Of a DNA stretch of 64,000 nt, positions 59,008 through 64,000 are shown piece by piece. A program made the position numbers and the translations under genes. The notes beneath the pieces are model-generated. The model was given only the letters and a program-made list of their open reading frames with translations, searched no databases and was not told where the DNA came from. Position 1 is the stretch's first letter. The number at the start of each line of letters is the position of its first letter. This DNA comes from Thermodesulfobacteriota bacterium. GTDB taxonomy: Bacteria; Desulfobacterota; Desulfobacteria; Desulfobacterales; SURF-7. The stretch spans positions 242,622 to 306,621 of the forward strand of contig JBMORA010000001.1 in assembly GCA_049320885.1 (NCBI GenBank). The letters run 5' to 3'.

Positions 59008-60099
59008 CTACTGAAAATTGAGCACCACACGGAACAAACTTCCGACACCGGTCTTCGACAACACATCGACCCTGCCTTTATGCTGTCGCACGATCCGGTC
59101 CACCACAACCAGACCAAGTCCTGTTCCGGAGTTCCCCTTTGTCGTAAAAAAATCCCGGAACAAATTCCGTTTGGTACTTTCATCCATCCCTTCACCGGTA
59201 TCTTCCACTTCGAACATGTATTGTCGCTTATTGAAATAGTCCGCCCGGATGTACACCATGCCGTTCTTCATGGCACCCGTTCGCCGGCAGGCCTCGATGG
59301 CGTTCCAGACAAGATTACCGAGCATCCTGACGACGCCGCCCTGATCCACCTTGACGGCCGGCAGGTTTGGATTGATTTCATACACCAGCTGAATCCCCAT
59401 GGAACCGGCTTTTTCCTGAAAGAGTCCGACGACATCCCTGACCAGCAGGGCAGGATTCACCAGTTTCATTTCCGGCTCCCGTTTTTTGGAAGAGTATAAA
59501 ATATTCTGGGCAACCCTGGATATTTCGAAAATATTCTTTTTCACGATGCGCCAGCCCTTCCCCGCCAGCGTCATATCATTATCCTTGATACCTTCTTCCA
59601 CCACATAGGCGCCTCCCTGCAGCCCCTCCAGGATATTCTTGATGTCATGGGAAAGGAAGGCCATGGACTGCCCCAGCAGGATCAGCTCGTTGTGCGCCTC
59701 CTTGACTTTAGTGATATTGATGGCGATCTTAATCACCGCCATAACGTTTCCCGGAATGCCGAGGAGCGGCGCCGTGCAAATAATGATCTGATGGAGATCC
59801 CCGCCCGACACTTTCAAGCTCCCTTCACTGATATGGATCTGTTTGTCCCGGAAGGTATCCGCCACCGGGCATTTCGTGCAGGGACTTGAAAATCCTTTCA
59901 GCAGATCGTGGCAGGTGCGCCCGGCCGGTTCGCCGAAATCGTTTTTTATGGTCTGATTCAAAAAGAGGAAACGATATTCCGGATCCAGGATGGATACATA
60001 GCAGGGCAGGGAATCCAGCACGCTTTTGAAACCGAGTTCCGGGATAACCTGCAGGTGTTGCGGCAGCGGTTGGGTCGCATGAAACAGGTGAGTGTTCAT
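59008..60099 (-). CDS. PAS sensor histidine kinase
   Basis: Cys-containing PAS, SHDIKN, NAIEA, DTGEG and GTGLGL. Confidence 0.9.
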   Translation of the reverse strand: MNTHLFHATQPLPQHLQVIPELGFKSVLDSLPCYVSILDPEYRFLFLNQTIKNDFGEPAGRTCHDLLKGFSSPCTKCPVADTFRDKQIHISEGSLKVSGGDLHQIIICTAPLLGIPGNVMAVIKIAINITKVKEAHNELILLGQSMAFLSHDIKNILEGLQGGAYVVEEGIKDNDMTLAGKGWRIVKKNIFEISRVAQNILYSSKKREPEMKLVNPALLVRDVVGLFQEKAGSMGIQLVYEINPNLPAVKVDQGGVVRMLGNLVWNAIEACRRTGAMKNGMVYIRADYFNKRQYMFEVEDTGEGMDESTKRNLFRDFFTTKGNSGTGLGLVVVDRIVRQHKGRVDVLSKTGVGSLFRVVLNFQ

Positions 60100-60602
60100 G
60101 AAGGTTTCACCCCACTCTCACGGGGACAGTCTTCGGATTGCGGCTTGGAGCGTCCGATGGTGACCACCTGACATTCCGAATACTTGGAAACATTGGCGGC
60201 GGTATGCAGCAAGCGACCGCGATGGGTTCCGGCCCGGCCGACAACCCCCATGACGATCATATCAATGGCATTTTCCCGGGCATATTGAATAATCTCAACA
60301 TCCGGCGAACCGAAACGAATCGCGAATTGATAAGCAGCGATTCCCTTCAGGCCATGCTCATATCGACTGCGCAAGGCTCGCAGGGCCTGCTCTTCTATTC
60401 CGGGTCGTTGCACCTTTTCATCCGGCTGTTCCGGTCCCTGGTCCGATGCCAGAACCGCGTCGGCGTCCGGGGAAAGCATGACATGCAGGATATGGAGCCG
60501 GGCGCCGTGAGACCGGCCCTGGTATACGGCGTGGGAAAAAGCAAAATGGGCGTCATCGGAAAAATCGCTGCAAAAGAGGATATTCCTCAGATGTTGCGTC
60601 AT
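60096..60602 (-). CDS. Universal stress protein
   Basis: NILFCSDFS, ILHV and GSPDVEIIQYA..IDMIVMG. Confidence 0.88.
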   Translation of the reverse strand: MTQHLRNILFCSDFSDDAHFAFSHAVYQGRSHGARLHILHVMLSPDADAVLASDQGPEQPDEKVQRPGIEEQALRALRSRYEHGLKGIAAYQFAIRFGSPDVEIIQYARENAIDMIVMGVVGRAGTHRGRLLHTAANVSKYSECQVVTIGRSKPQSEDCPRESGVKPS

Positions 60603-60843
60603 CAGTGCCCTCTGATTTCGGTATAATCATGGAATGTTGAAAATCGAACCCGATGGCGTATATCATACCAAAAAAGTATGAAAAGGCAAGACATGAATTT
60701 TCCGGAAGCCCGGCCGATGGATCACCGCCGTGCCGGAATCGTCTTCGCAGGCCGCTGTTGACATCCGCAAGACCATGCCGGTATCGTCAGCCTCTGAAAA
60801 CCCGAACCTGACTGCCAACTTCAAAAAGACGGAAACAAACAAT

Positions 60844-61182
60844 ATGGAACAGATATCCTGGAATGATTTCTTGAAGATCGAGCTGCGTGTCGGCCGGATC
60901 ATCGAGGCCCGCGATTTTCCGGAGGCCAGAAAACCGGCCTATCTGTTGAAGGTGGATTTCGGCGACGACATCGGCGTAAAAAAATCCAGCGCCCAGATCA
61001 CCCGGCTGTATTCCGCCGCCGAACTAGTGGGCAAACTGGTGGTCGGCGTGGTCAATTTTCCGCCGAAACAGATCGGCCCAATCCGCTCCGAATGCCTGGT
61101 GACAGGCTTTCACAATCCGGATGGGGATGTGGTGCTCTGCGTACCGGAAAAAGAAGTGCCCCCGGGCACCCGGTTGCTCTGA
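60844..61182 (+). CDS. csaA: CsaA tRNA-binding/secretion chaperone
   Basis: FPEARKPAY, KKSSAQIT and VVNFPPKQIG..SECLVTG. Confidence 0.9.
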   Translation: MEQISWNDFLKIELRVGRIIEARDFPEARKPAYLLKVDFGDDIGVKKSSAQITRLYSAAELVGKLVVGVVNFPPKQIGPIRSECLVTGFHNPDGDVVLCVPEKEVPPGTRLL

Positions 61183-61363
61183 GAAAAAACCGGAGTTGGC
61201 GCCCGCGCTTAAGGCTGGATATGCCGGTCGATGCGGCTGCCGGGAACGGCGCTCACCCGTTCTATAATTCACGCATCATGATCCATGGCGATGGTCTCCG
61301 CCCCATGAAATCCGGCGGGTTTTATCACCTCCATGACGTTGCCAGACACCCGTCCCCATGTCA

Positions 61364-61873
61364 TCATGAGGCCACGTTATTGTCGCAGCCCGCCAGGCCG
61401 CAAAAAATCATGCGAAGCTCCCGGTCGCTCAAATTTTCGATGCGTTGGGTCAGGTCATCCTCCGCATCGCATTCGTCCCCGATTTCCACTTCACCGACAG
61501 GCGGGTCGGCGGGTCTTTCCACCCCGATGACTTCACAACGAGGCCGAACCAGCTCCAGGCGGAGCTCACGGTTGTTTTCCACCCAACGGTGGCATTCGTC
61601 GTGGGTGCCGACATACAGGACAAAGATCTCGCGGTTATGTTTGACCGTAATCAGCCGGTAGCCGTTGCCCAGATCGTATTTGACGCAATTCTTCAGACGC
61701 TGCTCGCCGTATTTGGTCACTGTGCCGACCTCGTCGAACATGACGCCCTGATGGCACAAACGCTCGATGATCTCATCCACTTTCTGGGCCGCGATTTGGG
61801 CCTTCTTGCCGTTTTTACGGATCACTTCAAGGCGTTTTCGGAATTTAGGATCCATACAGATACACTGCATCAT
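61364..61873 (-). CDS. Hypothetical protein with RelE/ParE-like N-terminal pattern and acidic tail
   Basis: KYDLGNGYRLITV...VLYVGTHDECHRW; ATGA coupling with the upstream gene. Confidence 0.6.
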   Translation of the reverse strand: MMQCICMDPKFRKRLEVIRKNGKKAQIAAQKVDEIIERLCHQGVMFDEVGTVTKYGEQRLKNCVKYDLGNGYRLITVKHNREIFVLYVGTHDECHRWVENNRELRLELVRPRCEVIGVERPADPPVGEVEIGDECDAEDDLTQRIENLSDRELRMIFCGLAGCDNNVAS

Positions 61874-62583
61874 GATTGCGCCTCTGAAATGATCCCCGTC
61901 ACCCGGATCAACAGTTCGCTTTTTTCCTTGCTGTCGGTTTTCAGATGGATCACCCCCCAGTACCGCCCCACGGTCTTCAGCCTGTTGGCGATCGTCAGCA
62001 CATACCGGTCCTCCTCGCTACGTAGCGTAAAGGCAATCTTCTCTTTGAGCCCTTCATCCGCATGGGATTCAATGATGCGGAAAGGATAATCCGGCTCAGG
62101 GGTAATCCGTACGGTGGTTTCAGCGGGCTTGCCGGCTTCCGCCCGCATCAAGGCCTGCCGGGGTTCGATACCGACGAAACGCCGCACCCTGCCGTTGATA
62201 TAGAGTTTGACTTCAGGTTCCTGCCGGTCGTTACTGATGACCGTGATGGTTTTTGAAAACCCGGAACCGCCGTATCCCTCTGTATTCCCCTTGATAACGA
62301 TTCGGCCCGTCCCCCCCGGCGGAATGACCCGGGTATAGTCCGCCGTGGTGCAGCCACAGCTTGTATGAACATTCTGAATCATCAAATCCGCCTTGCCGCT
62401 ATTTTCAATCCGGTATTCATGTTCGATAACGGCACCCTCCAGGACCGGCTTGAAATCGAAGCGCGGCTCCCGGACAGATATCCGCGGCCCTTCCAAGGCT
62501 TCCTCAAGCGCTCCGGACCAGTCCGGCAACGACAGAATCATCACCGCCCCAAAACATGCCGCCACCCAAATCCATCGTTTCAT
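61870..62583 (-). CDS. Secreted DUF1573 domain protein
   Basis: Signal peptide; FDF...HEYRIENSGKADL.I..VHTSCGCTT...IPPGGTG. Confidence 0.82.
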   Translation of the reverse strand: MKRWIWVAACFGAVMILSLPDWSGALEEALEGPRISVREPRFDFKPVLEGAVIEHEYRIENSGKADLMIQNVHTSCGCTTADYTRVIPPGGTGRIVIKGNTEGYGGSGFSKTITVISNDRQEPEVKLYINGRVRRFVGIEPRQALMRAEAGKPAETTVRITPEPDYPFRIIESHADEGLKEKIAFTLRSEEDRYVLTIANRLKTVGRYWGVIHLKTDSKEKSELLIRVTGIISEAQS

Positions 62584-62607
62584 CTCCGTTCCTTTCTTCC
62601 TTTTCCT

Positions 62608-63048
62608 TTATATGGCCGCGGCAGAGCGGCCATGATACAATCCGATGGGACTGGGTCCCAGTTTCCGGATCCTGTCGGTCATTTCGATGGCGATTTCCGC
62701 GAACCGCGGTCCCATGGCCGACGACAGGTTGAACATGGCCACCCGTTCCGGCTCCATCCCGATTTGGCCGAGGATCTGTTTGACATACTCCACCCGCTTT
62801 CTGACTTTCAGATTGCCGGAAATGAAATGACATTCCCCTTCCAGACAACCGGCCACAACCACACCGTCGGCCCCGTCCTCCAGCGCTTTCATGAGATGCA
62901 AAACATCCACCCGGCCCGTACAGGGAACCTGAACGATCTTGATGTTTCCGGGATAGCATATGCGCATGGACCCGGCCAAATCCGCCGCCGCGTAGGCGCA
63001 ATATTTACAGCAATAGGCCAAAATCCTGGGTTCGAATGCTTCGGTCAT
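62608..63048 (-). CDS. mvhD: Methyl-viologen-reducing hydrogenase delta subunit (MvhD/FlpD)
   Basis: CCKYCAYAAADLAG, VPCTGRV and GADGV.VAGCLEGECHF..GN. Confidence 0.93.
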   Translation of the reverse strand: MTEAFEPRILAYCCKYCAYAAADLAGSMRICYPGNIKIVQVPCTGRVDVLHLMKALEDGADGVVVAGCLEGECHFISGNLKVRKRVEYVKQILGQIGMEPERVAMFNLSSAMGPRFAEIAIEMTDRIRKLGPSPIGLYHGRSAAAI

Positions 63049-63059
63049 CAACCCTCCGT

Positions 63060-63998
63060 TCATCCTAAAGCGGTCATGGCTGTCATGTCGTCAAAAAAGG
63101 CATGGGATTTGGCCAGCAGTTGTTCATCCGTAAAATGCTGCAAGGTGATCACCTTGGCCGGGCATTCCGCTGCGCAGATGCCGCATCCATGGCATTCCGC
63201 CGCCTCAATGACGGCCCGCCCTTCTTTCACCCTGGGAACGCCGTAGGGGCAACTGCGCACACAGACGAGGCAGCAGGCGCAATGATCCGGATCCCGCACA
63301 TGGGCAACGACGCCGCCCACGCGGATCCCGTCCCGGGCCAGCAGGGTCATGGCCCGGGCCACGGCGGCCCGGGCCTGGGCGATGGTCTCGTCCAGGGACT
63401 TGGGGTAATGGGCCAGGCCGGCCATAAAGATGCCTTCCGAGGCGAAATCCACGGGCCGCAGCTTGGCATGGGCTTCCACCAGAAATCCGTCGCTGTTCAC
63501 CGGCACCTTGAAAAGTTCAAACAACTCCCGGTTCTCGTTGGGCAGGATCGCCGAGGCCAGCACCAGCAGATTCGGCTGAAGCGTCACGGTCCGGTTCAGG
63601 ATGTGGTCTTTCCCGCTGAGGGTCATCCGCTTGTCTTCAGACAGCGTGACCTCGGGAGGCTCCTGCTCGTCATGGCGGATGAAAATGACTCCGGCCCGGC
63701 GCGCCTCGGTGTAAAGCGTTTCTCGGAAGCCGTAACTGCGGATGTCCCGGTAGAATACGAAAACGGCGGTTTCCGGCTTCATCGCCTTGATGGAAAGGGC
63801 GGATGTCAAGGTATGGGTGCAGCATACCCGGCTGCAATAGGGCCGCTCCGCCGTGCGCGAGCCGACGCACTGAATGAAGGCGACGGTGCCAGCCTTGCGG
63901 ACCCGTTCCGGCTCGCGCTCCATGACCGCATCCAGCTCCAGATGGGTCAGGATGTCCGGATGATCGCCGTAATGAAACTCCTCCGGACGGCGCTCCCG
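63060..63998 (-). CDS. hdrA: Heterodisulfide reductase subunit A-like protein, C-terminal part (5' truncated)
   Basis: FIQCVGSR...YCSRVCC, YRDIR, GFLVEAHAKLRPVD, GLAHYPK and two ferredoxin motifs; frame open to the window edge. Confidence 0.9.
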   Translation of the reverse strand, partial: RERRPEEFHYGDHPDILTHLELDAVMEREPERVRKAGTVAFIQCVGSRTAERPYCSRVCCTHTLTSALSIKAMKPETAVFVFYRDIRSYGFRETLYTEARRAGVIFIRHDEQEPPEVTLSEDKRMTLSGKDHILNRTVTLQPNLLVLASAILPNENRELFELFKVPVNSDGFLVEAHAKLRPVDFASEGIFMAGLAHYPKSLDETIAQARAAVARAMTLLARDGIRVGGVVAHVRDPDHCACCLVCVRSCPYGVPRVKEGRAVIEAAECHGCGICAAECPAKVITLQHFTDEQLLAKSHAFFDDMTAMTALG

Positions 63999-64000
63999 TC

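Noticed and set aside
61270..61370. Recurring CCATG words between csaA and the RelE-like gene
   Set aside because: Irregular spacing and only a 5-bp match; not a CRISPR or tandem repeat.
61870..63048. Possible selenoprotein forms of DUF1573 and MvhD
   Set aside because: Both frames are uninterrupted and encode Cys at the redox motifs.

Overview
GC-rich chromosomal window whose gene content suggests an anaerobic sulfate-reducing deltaproteobacterium (Desulfobacterota-like). This is inferred from HdrA/MvhD, many PAS hybrid kinases and sigma54 control. The centre is a housekeeping block: coaBC, udg, xerC, hslVU, argBDFGH, folK, transaldolase, pgsA, tRNA-Gly and tRNA-Cys. Accessory regions on either side carry two-component genes, a ybdL/yafV pair, a Ser/Thr kinase with a degenerate-GGDEF partner, a HigBA toxin-antitoxin pair, an OYE-USP fusion, alpha-2-macroglobulin/pbpC, two tandem sigma54-driven PEP-CTERM genes and the tail of an hdrA-mvhD operon. 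The most notable locus is 18727-24641. It encodes an actin-fold ATPase that by recalled motifs resembles haloarchaeal volactin rather than MreB/FtsA/MamK. Co-directionally after it come a membrane-anchored Amidase_2-type peptidoglycan amidase, a Zn-ribbon/TM/Pro-rich/AMIN protein and two coupled SPFH proteins, making a candidate undescribed cytoskeleton-guided cell-wall remodelling system. No CRISPR array, transposase or prophage was seen. All family calls come from motif recognition by eye, not database searches, and several start codons are best guesses.
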